This document shows positions 37,367 through 50,148 of a DNA stretch of 64,000 nt, one piece after another (positions within the stretch are counted from its first letter, which is position 1; each line of letters opens with the position of its first letter). The position numbers were made by a program, and so were the translations under genes. The notes beneath the pieces are model-generated. The model did no database searches, was not told where the DNA came from, and was given only the letters and a program-made list of their open reading frames with translations. Source of the DNA: Squalus acanthias (lineage: Eukaryota); contig JASTWF010000502.1 of assembly GCA_030390025.1 (NCBI GenBank), positions 1 through 64,000 of the forward strand, in the 5' to 3' direction.

Positions 37367-38616
37367 ATACAAATGCAAGTTGTTGAGTGCCGAGAACATT
37401 ACTGTCTTCAGCTTTTCATTGGGTCTTGTCACTGTCATAATTCCTCTGACTTTTTTTAAAAAGCTGGGGGGGGTTATTGCCTTGAGACAAAAGGGGGCTA
37501 ACGGAGAAACCGACAGCGTGCCAAAATTTGACTGGGTGGGCGAGGAGGCGGTGTGGCGGGGAGGGCGATTAAAGCTGGCGCAGCCGATGGGAAGTTCTTG
37601 AAATGGGAGACTCGGTTGACTGTTGGTGCGTTGACTTGTGTCCCCGCTCAGTTGCTGCGTGCTTGCTTAATCTGCCCTTAATTTGTGAAGCAGGTCTGAT
37701 TGGCAGCTTGAAAATTCAGTTTAATGACCTGCCTTGATGCCTGTCGTGGTCAAGGAAGGTGCAATTTACATAATGATCTCGGGGACTGGCTCTCGTGTAA
37801 CCATGGTAACGTGAAAGGAGATGAGTTGAGAATTTTTCTTGGCTGGAAATTACCCGAGGAGAGTTTGGTTGCCACCGAGGCCTCGATGGATGGATAACGT
37901 TACCGGGGAGGTGTAATGCTTCATAAAGTCTACACTCGGCTATTTTGGTCTTTCGTTCTGTCAGAGAGTAGTAGGCCTTGGTGGCGACAAACGGTTCAGA
38001 TGTGTTTTTTAGAACCAACACTTGGCTCGTGAGTTGGTGTTGGGGGGAGGGGGCCAGTGGGGGACATGAAAGAGAAGAAAATCTCTGCGGTTCACTAGTA
38101 TCTAGCTGTGGTATGTGTAGGCGGTAGGTCAACTTTTCAATCCAGCAAGTGAGGGATTGTGATGGGAAGAACAGAGGAACAGGAGTAGGGCACTCAGCCC
38201 TCGAGCCATTCAGTCAGATCATGGCTGATCTGCATCTTAACTCAATTTACCCGCCTTGGTTCTAATCCGTAACTCTTGATACTCATGCCTAACAAAAAAT
38301 CTTACCAATCTCAGTTTTGAAATTGATATTAAGCAGGGTTGGCTTGAACAGATGGGCTTGAATTGATGCAGAATTTGATGACTCGAACATTTATATCTGC
38401 CCTGTAGACTTATTCCGCCTGACAAGGTAGAATTCTCCTTCTCTTCCACCTCATCGTATGTGTTTTTCCCTCCCATGTATAAATGTTTGCAGTCAGTGCA
38501 TCGATGGGTTTCTTTAAATTTGTTTAAATAGTCTGGTGTGCAAGTAGTCTGCCCTTTCCATATAAAAATGAGAAGTCGCACAACACCAGGTTATAGTCCA
38601 ACAGATTTATTTAATT

Positions 38617-38655
38617 TTACAAGCTTTCGGAGCAGTTCGCTCCTTCGTCAGGTAA
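38617..38655 (-). ncRNA. Minimal type-I hammerhead ribozyme, family B variant
   Basis: Minus strand reads ttac-CTGACGA-a-ggagc gaact gctcc-GAAA-gc-TT-gtaa; stem I covaries relative to the copy at 14492. Confidence 0.8.
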
Positions 38656-39189
38656 GTTTAGCAGTGAGAATAAAGCAGGGGAATGGAAGGTAGAGAATTG
38701 GGCGTGGGGGGAAAAGAGAGAGATGAAAGACAACCGTTGTATTCCTGGGTCAAACCGAATGCTATCTTGAGGGGTTTGAAGTGTAAATAAGGTTTTAGTG
38801 ATTCACTGCTCCGGATAGCAGTACTAAAGACATCGAAGGCCAATTAAAAGGAACTGTGCCCCTCTGAATAGGGTGTTGACTGCTACACATTAAGTCTTTC
38901 AGCAGCTCACTTTAAAAAAAAACCAAGCAAGTCTAAGGTTTGGCTAATAATTGTTAATTTGGCTCCATGAAGCCTCTGTTCATAGGAAAGAGGACAGGGT
39001 ATGTCCGCCTGTGTTGCTTTTTGCCTGTGGGCACTGCTGTCCACATCAGCCCTGGTTTTGGCCATGCTATGATGGACATTTAAGTGGTGCCACAGTCTGT
39101 GGAGATGCTGAGCAGTGCCGTGAGGTTGGTTGTTTCCTTGGGCAGGTGAAGACTCGGATGTTGGCAGCGATTATTCCTTTCTGGGCGTG

Positions 39190-39945
39190 GTCACCGTGGC
39201 TCAGTGGGCGGCACTCTCGCCTCTGAGGTCAGAAGGTTGTGGGTTCAAGTCCGGCTCCAGAGACTTGAGCACAAAAATCCAGGCCGACACTCCCAGTGCC
39301 AGTACTGAGGGAGCGCCGCACTGTCGGAGGTGCCGTCTTTCGGATGAGACGTTAAACCGAGGCCCCGTCTGCTCTCTCAGCTGGACGTAAAAGATCCCAT
39401 GCCACTAGTTCGAAGAGCAGGGGAGTTCTCCCCGGTGTCCTGGCCAATATTTATCCCTCAAAGAATATCACACAAAAAATTAAGTATTTACAGCGCAAAA
39501 ACAGGCCATTTGGCCCTAATGGTCCGTGCCGGTGTTTATGCTCCACACAAGTCTCCTTCCCTCTTCATCTCACCCCAACAATATATCCCTCGTGTTTTTG
39601 TAGCTTCCCCTTTAAATGTATCTATACTATTCGCCTCAACCACTCCCTGTGGTAGCGAGTTCCACATTCTCACCACTCTGGGGAAAGAATTTTCTCCTGA
39701 ATTCCCGATTGGATTTATTAGTGAACATCTTATATTGATGGCCCCTAGTTCTGGTCTCGTCCGCAAGTGGAAACCCCTCGCATTGCTGTTTGTGGGAGCT
39801 TGCTGTGCGCAAATTGGCTGCCGCGTTTCCTACATTACAACAGTGACTAGACTTTTAATTTTTAAAAATGCTTCATTGGCTGTAAAGCGCTTTGGGACGT
39901 CCTGAGGTCATGAAAGGCGCTGTAGAAATGCAAGTTCTTTCTTTC
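39190..39945 (+). mobile_element. Deu-domain SINE with nested minus-strand CR1 3' end (~39485-39770)
   Basis: SINE head and tail flank a CR1 segment (RVVRMWNSLPQGVVEA). Confidence 0.75.
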
Positions 39946-40639
39946 ATGGAGGATCTGAGCGTATGGACACCCATTTGGGCCAGCGATGTGGACTTTGCTT
40001 GCTGCCCTGTCAGGCCCCTACCCCACCCAGCGGGGAATGTTTTTGGCCAGCAATTGAGGGCAGTTGCTGACTACATTCCCTTGTTGCTGGTATTCGCTCC
40101 CTATATGTGTGAGGCATGTGTTAAAATGCTGAATTTTTTTTTTTTTGCACTGTGAATGTATTTGGGGCGGGGGGGTGGGGGTGGGATTAGGATTTTGAAC
40201 TAAGTGACAAAATAGATCAGTGAGGACCATGGAGAGCAAAGCGAGTCCCTTGCCCCTCTACAAATACCTTCTAGTAGCCAGGCACTTATCACCCATCCAG
40301 CGGTCGTGGGATTTCAATAGAATCGTCAAATGCCCCCGTGGTCTGAAAGGAACGGCTGGTCACACAGAGAATCCCCACTGAGACACATCCAGGGAAAAGA
40401 ATTAAGCTGCTATGTTTTTTTTAATTGGGAGTTTCTTTTGAGGCTGTAAATGTTTAATAGGGCTGGAGCTATACGGCTCTTAATTTGCATACTGATCTAC
40501 ATGAGGACCTCACTCCATTGTTTGTGTGAAGCTACTTGGGGAGAGACCTTTCCCGGAGTCTCGACGGTGTACTTACAAATATCTACGGTACATAGCGCAA
40601 CTCCAGAGTGACTTAAAGTGACAATGCAGCGAATACAGA

Positions 40640-41130
40640 GCAGATTCACCAGAATGATTCCGGGGCTAAAAGGGTTCAATTAAGAGGATGGGTTGCACAG
40701 AGCAGGCTTGTATTCCATCGAGTATAGAAGATTAAGGGGTTATAAATTGAGGTGTCTTAAGATGATTAAAGGATTCGATAGGGTAGATGGAGAGAAACTA
40801 TTTCCTCTGGTGGGGTGGGGGGGGAGTCCAGAACAAGGGGGCATCACCTTAAAATTAGAGCCAGGCCGTTCAGGGGTGATGTCAGGAAGCACTTCTTCAC
40901 ACAAAGGGTAGTGGAACTCTGGAACTCTCTCCCCCTCCCCCACCCAAAAAAGCTGTTGAGGCTGGGGGGCAATTGAAAATGCCAAAAATGAGATTGATAG
41001 ATTTTTGTTAGCCAAGGGTATTAAGGGTTACTGAAACAAGGCGGGTGGATGGAGCTAATCTACAGATCAGCCATGATCTAATTCCATGGCAGCACAGGCT
41101 CGCGGGGCTGAATGGCCTCCTCCTGTTCCT
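40640..41130 (+). mobile_element. CR1 LINE 3' end
   Basis: CR1 C-terminal motifs and 3' hairpin. Confidence 0.8.
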
Positions 41131-41734
41131 CATGTGTTGTTCTGACTGGGCTGGAGTCCAGAAGCAGTGAAGTGTAAATTTGCACAAGCTACCTCTCGAT
41201 GTCCGCCAATGTTCTCCGTTCTGTGGCGTCTCCTTTTTAAACAAATTCTGTTTTGGCTGTTAAATCGTGCGATAGGGAAATTCGACTAAAGGTCTGTAGC
41301 TAAAGACCTGAAGTTGCTTTTTTTACTTCATCATCTAAATAAAAAGCAAAGAGGGGGGAAAAAAAATCTGCAAATGTTGGAAATCTGAAACAAAATCAGA
41401 AAATGCTGGGAACGCTCACAGACATTGGTCAGCATCCGTGGAAAGAAGAGGCAAGTTAACCTTTCGGGTCGAACAACATCCAGGGTGCCAGGGCTGTGGA
41501 CTCCTAGCCTGTGGGTCACGTGTATCCCTTTTGAAACTTACTGTCGAAACTGCTTCCATCGCTCTTTCAGGCAGTGCATTCCAGATCACAACAACTCTGG
41601 TTGTCTCTCTGGTAATCGAGTTCCTTATATTACCAAGAGTTGTTGGCTCTGGAAGTACCAAGCCTAGGCATTCAACAGCAATAACGTGCATTTATATAGT
41701 GCCTCTAATGTTTTTTTTAAAAAAGTCCCATGGC

Positions 41735-42105
41735 TCTATGTATAACATTCTTAGAGGGCTTGACAGGGTAGATGCTGAGAGGTTGTTTCCCCCTGGCTGG
41801 AGAGTCTAGAACCAGGGGGCATAGTCTCAGGATAAGGGGTCGGCCATTTAGGACTGAGATGAGGAGGAATTTCTTCACTCAGAGGGTTGTGAATCTTTGG
41901 AATTCTCTACCCCAGAGGGCTGTGGAGGCTCAGTCGTTGAGTATATTCAAGGCCGAGATCGATAGATTTTTGGACTCTGGGGAATCAAGGGATATGGGGA
42001 TTGGGCAGGAAAGTGGAGTTGAGGTCGATGATCAGCCATGATCTTATTGAATGGCGGAGCAGGCTCGAGGGGCCGAATGGCCGACTCCTGCTCCTAATTC
42101 TTATG
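41735..42105 (+). mobile_element. CR1 LINE 3' end
   Basis: Near-identical to 4430-4810. Confidence 0.85.
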
Positions 42106-43333
42106 AGATAATGGGCGCCCAAGAAGGGGGATATTAGGAGGGACACCTCAAAGCTTAGTCAAACAGCTGGGTTTTGCAGATGTCTTAAAGGAGGAGAGAG
42201 AGAGTGACGAGGCGGAGGAATTTAGTGAATGAATTGCAGAGCACAGGGCCTAGGTGACTGAAGGCATGGCATCTAATGGTTGGGCGAAGGGATGGGGGAT
42301 GCACAAGAGTAACTTCAGAAAATAATTAATTTGTACAAGAGTTGCTTTGGGATGTCGTGAGAGTTGGTTTAAGGCACTACACATGCAAATTCATATCTCC
42401 ATAGTTGATCGTTTCTTGAAGGAATGTGCGTTGCTTTAAACTACGTGTCTGTTCTGCAGTTTTGTCCCTTGCTTTTACACCCTTAAAGATGGCCCCTCCT
42501 GTTGGGGGGTGCGGGGGGGATTGCAATCCCATGCCAGCGCAGATCCTGCATAATTGCAGTGTGGGAGGGTGTTCCTTGTGTGGGAGTCCCACAAACAGCA
42601 ATGAAATAGTAATGTTGACTGAGGGATAAATATTGGCCAGGACGCCGGGGAGAACTCCCCTGCTCTTCTTCAAAATAGTAGGGTGCGATCTTTTGTGTCC
42701 ACCTGAGAGAGCAGACGGGACCTCGGTTTAAAGTCTTTCCCGGAAGACGGCACCTCCGACAGTGCAGCGCACCCTCGTTACTGGAACTGGGAGAGTCGGC
42801 CTGGATTATGTGCTCCAGTCTCAATTGTGGGACCTGAACTCACCACCTTCTAGCTGAGGTCTAATTCCACGCAGACCACGGATTGAACCTAGGGAGACAC
42901 CTGTCTGGTATAGTTCAATACCCTCGACAGTGCATTTGGACATTGAGCTATAACCGGACTCCCAACACTTGAGTGTAAAAAGATCTCCAGGAATAGAAAC
43001 CGACAAAGACCAACGGAAAAGGAGGGAAAGTCCTGGCAGTCCACAATACCATGGAGATCCCATGTGCAAAACCACATTGCAATGAGATGCAGTTTTCACT
43101 GAAGTGTCTTGGTGCCTTCTCATCTTCACTCGCCCATCTCTGGCAAGCTGCCAGCCACTCTTGCGAAGCGTAACAGCTGGTTGAAGAGTGGCACTGACAG
43201 AAGCTTGTAGTAGACAACCTGCTCCCTTTAGTGTGGTGTATCGTGTTTGGCAGGTGGTGAGGGGGGGAGGGGAGGACTTCCCAAAATGGGGCACGACAAG
43301 GCTCAGCTTATTGAGAATTTATGCCAGCTGTCC

Positions 43334-43533
43334 NNNNNNNNNNNNNNNNNNNNNNNNNNNNNNNNNNNNNNNNNNNNNNNNNNNNNNNNNNNNNNNNNNN
43401 NNNNNNNNNNNNNNNNNNNNNNNNNNNNNNNNNNNNNNNNNNNNNNNNNNNNNNNNNNNNNNNNNNNNNNNNNNNNNNNNNNNNNNNNNNNNNNNNNNNN
43501 NNNNNNNNNNNNNNNNNNNNNNNNNNNNNNNNN
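43334..43533. other. Assembly gap (200 N, probably an unsized scaffold join)
   Basis: Run of N with a round length. Confidence 1.
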
Positions 43534-43890
43534 GCACTGTCGGAGGGGCAGTACTGAGGGAGCGCCGCACTGTCAGAGGTGCCGTCCTTCGGATGAGACG
43601 TTAAACCGAGGCCCCGTTTGCGCTCTCAGGTGGACATAGACGATCCCACCACACTATTTCGAAGAGGGGATGGGGAGTTCTCTCTGGTGCCCGGGCCAAT
43701 ATTTATCTCTCAACCCGCATAGCTAAAACAGATGATCTGGTCAGTCTGACACTGCTGTTTGTGGGAGCTTGCTGTGCGCAAATTGGCTGCCGCGTTTCCT
43801 ACATTACAACAGTGACTACACTTCAAAAAGTACTTCATTGGCTGTCGAGCGCTGTGGGACGTCCTGAGGTGGAAATGCAAGTCTTTTTCT
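43534..43890 (+). mobile_element. Deu-domain SINE abutting the assembly gap
   Basis: Homology to other copies. Confidence 0.8.
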
Positions 43891-44351
43891 TGCACTAGTC
43901 GTTGTGCTGAGGATACAATGCCGCGGTAGCTGAGAGTGCTTCGCTGGACTGATTTTTGTGTCTGGAGGGATTAGGGGAATGTTTAACCGGATCAAAAAAA
44001 AATGCCTGAAATGAAGACTGCCCCATTACCTTCTTAAAAGTAAAGCGCTCTCCTTGGATGCTAAGCTTGTTGTGACTGTCCACATTAATTTGTTTTCTTC
44101 TGGCTGAAGGTCTATTGAGCCGTAAAAGTTCTGAAGCATTTGTGGTCACTCTGCCCTGGGCAAGTCGAACATCTCCCAGAAGTACTGGCGGTCTGGGAGG
44201 GGGAGACTTGTGGTCTTCTGAATGTGCCTCAGACTCCCGGTGGCAGGGTTTGTGTGGCCAAATGAGAGGTTACAACTATCCGGAAGGACTAAACCGGCTG
44301 GGGCTCTTTTAGAAACAGGAGCAGGAGTAGGCCATTCGGCCCCTCTCTAGA

Positions 44352-44825
44352 AAAGAAAGGAAAAAGACTTGGATTTTTCCAGCGCCTTTCACGACCTCCG
44401 GACGTCCCAAAATGCTTTACAGCCAATGAAGTACTTTTTGAAGTGTAGTCACTGTTGTAATGTAGGAAACGCGGCAGCCAATTTGCGCACAGCAAGCTCC
44501 CACAAACAGCAATGTGATAATGACCAGGTTATTTGTTAGTTGAGGGATAAATATTGTCCAGGACACCGGGGAGCACTCCCCTGCTCTTCTTCGAAATAGT
44601 GCCGCGGGATCTTTTCCATCCACCAGAGAGAGCAGACGGGGCCTCGGTTTAACGTCTCATCTGAAAGACGGCACCTCTGACAGTGCAGCACTCCCTCAGC
44701 ACTGCACTGGGAGCGTCAGCCTAGACTTTTTTGTGCTCAAGTCCCTGGAGTGGGGCCTTGAACCCACAACCTTCTGACTGAGGCAAGAGAGAGAGAGAGT
44801 GCTGCCCACTGAGCCACAGCTGACA
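44352..44825 (-). mobile_element. Deu-domain SINE, full length
   Basis: Homology to other copies. Confidence 0.85.
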
Positions 44826-46655
44826 CACACGAGAAGGCTGAGGGGTGACCTGATGGGTTAGACGTAGAGAAGATGTGGGGGAATCCAAAATGAGGTGCTG
44901 TAAATAGTCACTAATAAATCCAATAAGGAATTCAGAGGAAACTTCTTTACCCAGAGAGTGGTGAGAATGTGGAACTCACTACCACAGGGAGTGGTTGAGG
45001 AGAATAGCATAGATGCATTTAAGAGGAATCTAGATAAACACATGAGGGAGAAAGGAATAGAAGGATATGCTGATAGGGTGGAGCATAAACACCAGCACGG
45101 ACCAGTTGGGCCGAATGGCCTGTTTCGGTGCTGTAATTACTACGTAAAATACGAGTGGCTTCGGATTTAGTTTTTTGGGGGTCTCTGTGTTTCCTCCTAA
45201 CAGGATCTGGTCTGTTTTTTAACGGGGTGGTGAGAGAGACGGGAGTACAATTTGGGTTGGGTGGGTGGGTGGGGAGTGGGAAGAGAAATATGACCATGCT
45301 ATTCAAATATGAGGTATCCAGTGTACACGGAGCCAGCTTGCTTGCTTGCCTCAGTATTAAAATGTTATATCTTGAAGAATCTAAATTTTGCACGTTCCTC
45401 CCCACTAGAATTGGCTCAAGGATTTATTGGATACAGCTTGTGGTCCCATAGAACCATCACGCAGAACCTGAGGTAGTAATTTACACATGAGCCAAGCAGG
45501 GACATACTCGGGACTTGAGTACGTATTCTAGGCTGACCCTTCCAGTGAGGTACTGAGGGAGCGCTGCACTCTGGAGCTGACAACGCTGGACGTATTCCGG
45601 GAGGTATCGTCACATGACCCTCCCGCCATTGGTCGCCCTACACGTCCATCCTCGCGTCCCACAGCCAATCAGAAAGCGAACAGACTCTCCTTTTACCCCG
45701 ATCGGATGATTCTTGACTCAAACAACCTTTCCCCCCCCCCCCTCCCCCCACACACCGTCTCCAATATTTTCATAACTAATAAACAAAAGTGTTCAAAAGA
45801 AAATGAACAATTTTTTTTTTTTTAGTGCCCTTATAGATTTTCTCCAGGGTTTGATGTGTCTTGGGGATCAGTCTTTAATTCCTGAGGACTCCAGGACAAG
45901 CCTGGAGGGTGGGAAACCCTACTCAGGGCAGTTATCTGTGTAAATAGCCAAGCCTGGTGTGTCTGTAACTGGATTGCTCCCCGCCCCCAGTGACTCGGTC
46001 GGTGTCGGGAATCTGGAGCAAGTTTCCCATCCGACAGGAAAACACCTGTTGGGTTGAAAAAGACCTCGCCGCATTTGCTATCCAAAAAGAAATAGTTAAA
46101 AGAGGGTGGTAAAAAGATCAGAGACTTTGCATAGGCAGAGAACTGCTGGCAAACCTCAGGCAAAGTGAACACAGATGCTGGTAATTTGTGTTGGATAATG
46201 AGCAAATGCAACAGTGTGTGTGTGGAGGGACTGCTCCAGACTGCAGTGTAGTATGGGTTCCTGGGTTAGTTGGCACATACAGCCAGCCACAGTAGATTAA
46301 AGTATTGACGTTAGGAAACTGAGGGGGAAGCCTGTTGATGTACAGAGCTTGTTATCTTGGATGGAATTTTGAGAACTCACGCTTTGGAGTAATTTAGCCC
46401 ATGTGGTGGTTTTTTTTTTGTTTTACACCATGTGTTTTGAATTGGAATTGTTGTTATATAACCACAATCTCTTTATTTCTTTCCCCTCTGCTCCTGCAAG
46501 GGCCAGTTCACGCCAGGGTGCGATTCTGCTGGTGCCCACTGGTGCCTGCCCCAGGTTAGCTCGTCACTGTGGGCAGGCTATGAGAATACGAGATAACCAC
46601 AGAAAATGCTGGGAAAACTCAGCAGGCCAGGCAGCATCCGTGGAGCGAGAAACAG

Positions 46656-46693
46656 AGTTAAACGTTTCAGGTCGAAGACCTTTCGTCAGAACT
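46656..46693 (-). ncRNA. Minimal type-I hammerhead ribozyme, family A, inverted partner copy
   Basis: Minus strand reads agtt-CTGACGA-a-aggtc ttc gacct-GAAA-cg-TT-t-aact; core intact, one extra U next to the cleavage site. Confidence 0.7.
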
Positions 46694-46749
46694 GGAAAAA
46701 AGCAGGAAATGAAATAGATTTGAAGCAATTTCATTTCCTGCTTTTTTTC

Positions 46750-46788
46750 CAGTTCTGACGAAGGGTCACAGACCTGAAACGTTAACTG
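46750..46788 (+). ncRNA. Minimal type-I hammerhead ribozyme, Penelope-like family A
   Basis: cagtt-CTGACGA-a-gggtc aca gacct-GAAA-cg-TT-aactg: intact core, stem I cagtt/aactg, stem II, palindromic AACGTT in place of stem III. Confidence 0.8.
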
Positions 46789-47034
46789 TGTTTCTCTCTC
46801 CACGGATGCTGCCTGACCTGCTGAGTTTTTCCAGCGTTTTCTGTCGTTATTTCGGATTTCCAGCATCCGCAGTATTTTGCTATCGTATGGGAATACGAGG
46901 TCAGCTTAGGCCGAACCTGTTCTCCCGCTTGATGTTCGCCACATGGGAACTGTCCAGCAAGTGGTCAGGCGGGGTGGGGGGTAATCACGTGATCAGTAGG
47001 AGGAAAGCAGCCTGCTCTTTATTTCTTTCTCTAT

Positions 47035-47545
47035 ACAGTGCACAGTTTTGGTCTTCTGACCCAAGGAAAGATATATTTGCCTTGGAGGCGGTGCAACGAA
47101 TGTCCACTAGATTGATTCCTGGGATGAAAGGGTTTGTCCTATGAGGAGAGATTGAGTAGATTGAGCATATATACTTTGGAGTTTAGAAGAAGGAGGTGAT
47201 CTCATTGAAATGTATAAAATTCTTAGAGGGCTTGACAGGGTAGATGCAGGGAGGCTGTTTCCCCTGGCTGGAGTGTCTGGAACCAGGGGTCATAGTCTCA
47301 GGATAAGGGGTCGGCCTTTTAGGACTGAGATGAGGAGAAATTTCTTCACTCAGAGGGTGGTGAATCTTTGGAATTCTCTACCCCAGAGGGCTGTGGAGGC
47401 TCAGTCGTTGAGTATATTCAAGACAGAAGCACTATGGGGATCGGTCGGGGAACTGGAGATGAGGTCGATAATCAGCCACGATCTTATTGAATGGCGGAGC
47501 AGGCTCGAAAGGGCCGAATGGCCGACTCCAGCTCCTAATTCTTTG
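47035..47545 (+). mobile_element. CR1 LINE 3' end
   Basis: ORF 47210-47560 carries CR1 motifs. Confidence 0.85.
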
Positions 47546-48126
47546 TATTCTCCTCCATAGCTCCCTGGGACTGGGCAAAGAGGCAAAGAGGCAAATAGGC
47601 TGCCTAGCTAAGGCCGCACAGCACAGTTTGGACATCGAGCATGCGCGTGTGACGTTCCTGGTCTGAGTGTGGATTGAGATCATTTGAAGTGCTTTGCTTT
47701 CCCAGTTCAGGCAATTCAGACAGTGAACTGTAGGGTCCTAGAGGACACAGAATTAAGGCAATTGCCTGAAGAACCAGGGGGGGGGGGGGAGATGAGAATT
47801 TTTTTTTTACGCAGTGAGTTGTTGTGATCTGGAATGCGCTGCCTGAAAGGGCGGTGGAAGCAGATTCAATCGTAACTTTCTAAAGGGAATTGGATAAATA
47901 CTTGAAAAGAAAAAATTTACAGGAAAGAGCAGGGGGGAGTGGGATTATTTGGAGAGCTCTACCAAAGAGCCGGCACAGGCACGATGGGCCGAATGGCCTC
48001 CTCCTGTGCTGTAAGATTCTATAGTTTAACGGTAGAATAGTTGGTTTTGGCTCTTCTGCTTAAACCCTTAGCCCCATTGGATTGGATTGCACCCAAACTA
48101 GTCGGAACGTTACGGAGAGACTCCCT

Positions 48127-48627
48127 GGGGAGGAAGTTCGGTCACGCCCCCTGTGGGGAGCTAACTTTGATACTGTTAGCACCCCGCACCGTAAATTGAA
48201 TGGTCGCGCCCCAAGCAGGGGGCAGGGCGCACTGGGGGCCCTGTTGGACCACCGGGGAGCCGAGTGCCGGGCTGACCGATCGCGGCCGGCACCCCACAGG
48301 AGGAGGCGAGAGGGGGGCAGGTGCTGGCAGGCGGCCCAAAAAAAAAGGCCGCCCGGCACCTGCCCTTTAATTTGCGCCGCCACGGCCGCAAACACGGCGC
48401 CCTGACCCTGTCGGACACGGCGAGCGGCGGTAGGTCAGGGGGCGCGAGCCAAGTTTGCGGCCGGGGCGCTGCGCACGGTGATGATGTCATCGCCGGAGAC
48501 GCAGCGCCGTGGGGCGCTACCGCCGCCACTAACCTCCCGCTGAAATTCGTGGGAGGCGTTAGCGGCGCCGTGCCTAGGGGCTGGGGCGCTAACGGGAGGC
48601 GCAAAGCAACCCAATTCCCCCCCCCCC
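48127..48627. mobile_element. CpG-rich MITE-like element with imperfect terminal inverted repeats
   Basis: Ends ggggaggaagttcggt ... acccaattcccccc; abrupt CpG-rich block with internal gcgctaac/gttagcg motifs. Confidence 0.4.
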
Positions 48628-49854
48628 GGGTCTTTGTGCCTCTTCCTCCCTCCTCCCACCACTGGACGGTTCAACTCTTTCCGAAAGCAGATTATGATCT
48701 CGGCGAGTGGCTACAAGAATAAGAGTCACTGGCTCCTGCTCCTGAACACGATCTAGTTACCCTGCCCTGCCCCCACCCCGAAATGAGGGCAAGATAGAGC
48801 CCTGGCTGTGGTGCTTTCCATGGTGAAATAATCTGGCCAAGGCGATCGACAATAACAAACCTCCCCAAGTCACATGCTGCCTTACGCACTGCAATTTAAT
48901 AAGCCAATTGTTGCAGTCGAGCTTATAAATAAACAAGCACATGATGGGGCTCTTGCTAATGTGTTATCATCCAAGTCAAGTGGGCCATTTTATTAGATTA
49001 GAAATTCTGTGCCAAAGTTCAGCCGAGAAACAGGCTCGCTATTTAAACCATAATTGCCCAATAAATTCTCACCCAACGCTTCTATTTATTTTGGGTGCTG
49101 CGTCTGCTGTGGGGGGCGGGGGGGGGGTGGGGTCTGGTTCCTTGGCTTCTGGCAGACCTCTTATCACCACCCCCCCCCCCCACCTTAATTGGCCACATTT
49201 CACATGCGAGTCTGCACAGTGACTGTTGGTGGGCTATTCGATTGTGGAGGGCATCATAGCTGAGCTTGATTGTTCGCACATGCGCCCGTCCAAACGGGTC
49301 CGCGATCAGGAGCATAAGCATAGCCCCATTTGAGTCTAGTTTGGCCTTCCGAGAATAATGTGCAGCTCGCTCTCCCTCTCTCCGCTTCCCTCCCCCTCTC
49401 CTCTCTCTCTCCCCCCTCTCCTCTCCTCACTCTTCCCCCCCCCCCCCCTTTTCTGCACTTTTTTCCACACCCTACCGCTCCCCAAAAAAATAATGGTGTA
49501 ACTCTGTCCCAAGGGCAGTGCCCCTTTATTGAATTGATTTCTTTATTTGGCGAGAGCAGTTTTGCCTTTGTGTCGTGTGTCGTGGGGAGGGCGTTCAGGT
49601 CAGGTGCTCATTGTAGTTTATTGATCCTGTGGTTTGATTTTAGACTTCAAGGTTGCTCCTCCCCGGGTTGTGGTGCTAGGAAGCTGTAGATTAACCAGCA
49701 AATGTGCATTTTTACTGTGAATCCTGTAACACAGAGATTCAAAAGAGATTGCTTTATATTGTAAATATATTAATTTTGCAAAACGAGTTATTTTTAGATA
49801 TTGCTTGTGGTTGAGGTCCAATCTTTCGAAAGCATAGGTCTTTCCTGATTCCGA

Positions 49855-50148
49855 GGCCCCGTCTGCCCCCTCAGGTGGACGTAAAAGATCCCACGGCACT
49901 ATTTCGAAGAAGAGCAGGGGAGTTCTCCCCGGTGTCCTGGGGCCAATATTTATCCCTCAATCAACATCACTAAAAACAGATTATCTGGTCATTATCACAT
50001 TGCTGATTGTGGGAGCTTGCTCTGTGCAATTTGGCTGCCGCGTTTCCCACATTACAACAGTGACTACACTTCAAAAAAAGTACTTCATTGGCTGTAAAGG
50101 GCTTTGGGATGTTCTGAGGTCGTGAAAGGCGCTATAGAAATGCAAGTT
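49855..50148 (+). mobile_element. Deu-domain SINE, 3' half
   Basis: Homology to other copies. Confidence 0.8.

Noticed and set aside
39190-39270. tRNA-like A/B box sequences (also in other SINE heads)
   Set aside because: These are SINE 5' heads, not tRNA genes; they continue into the Deu core.
49731-49751. TEIQKRL, resembling the start of missing exon 5 (TEIAKRL)
   Set aside because: No AG acceptor at the required position, similarity stops after 7 codons, no donor 63 nt downstream.
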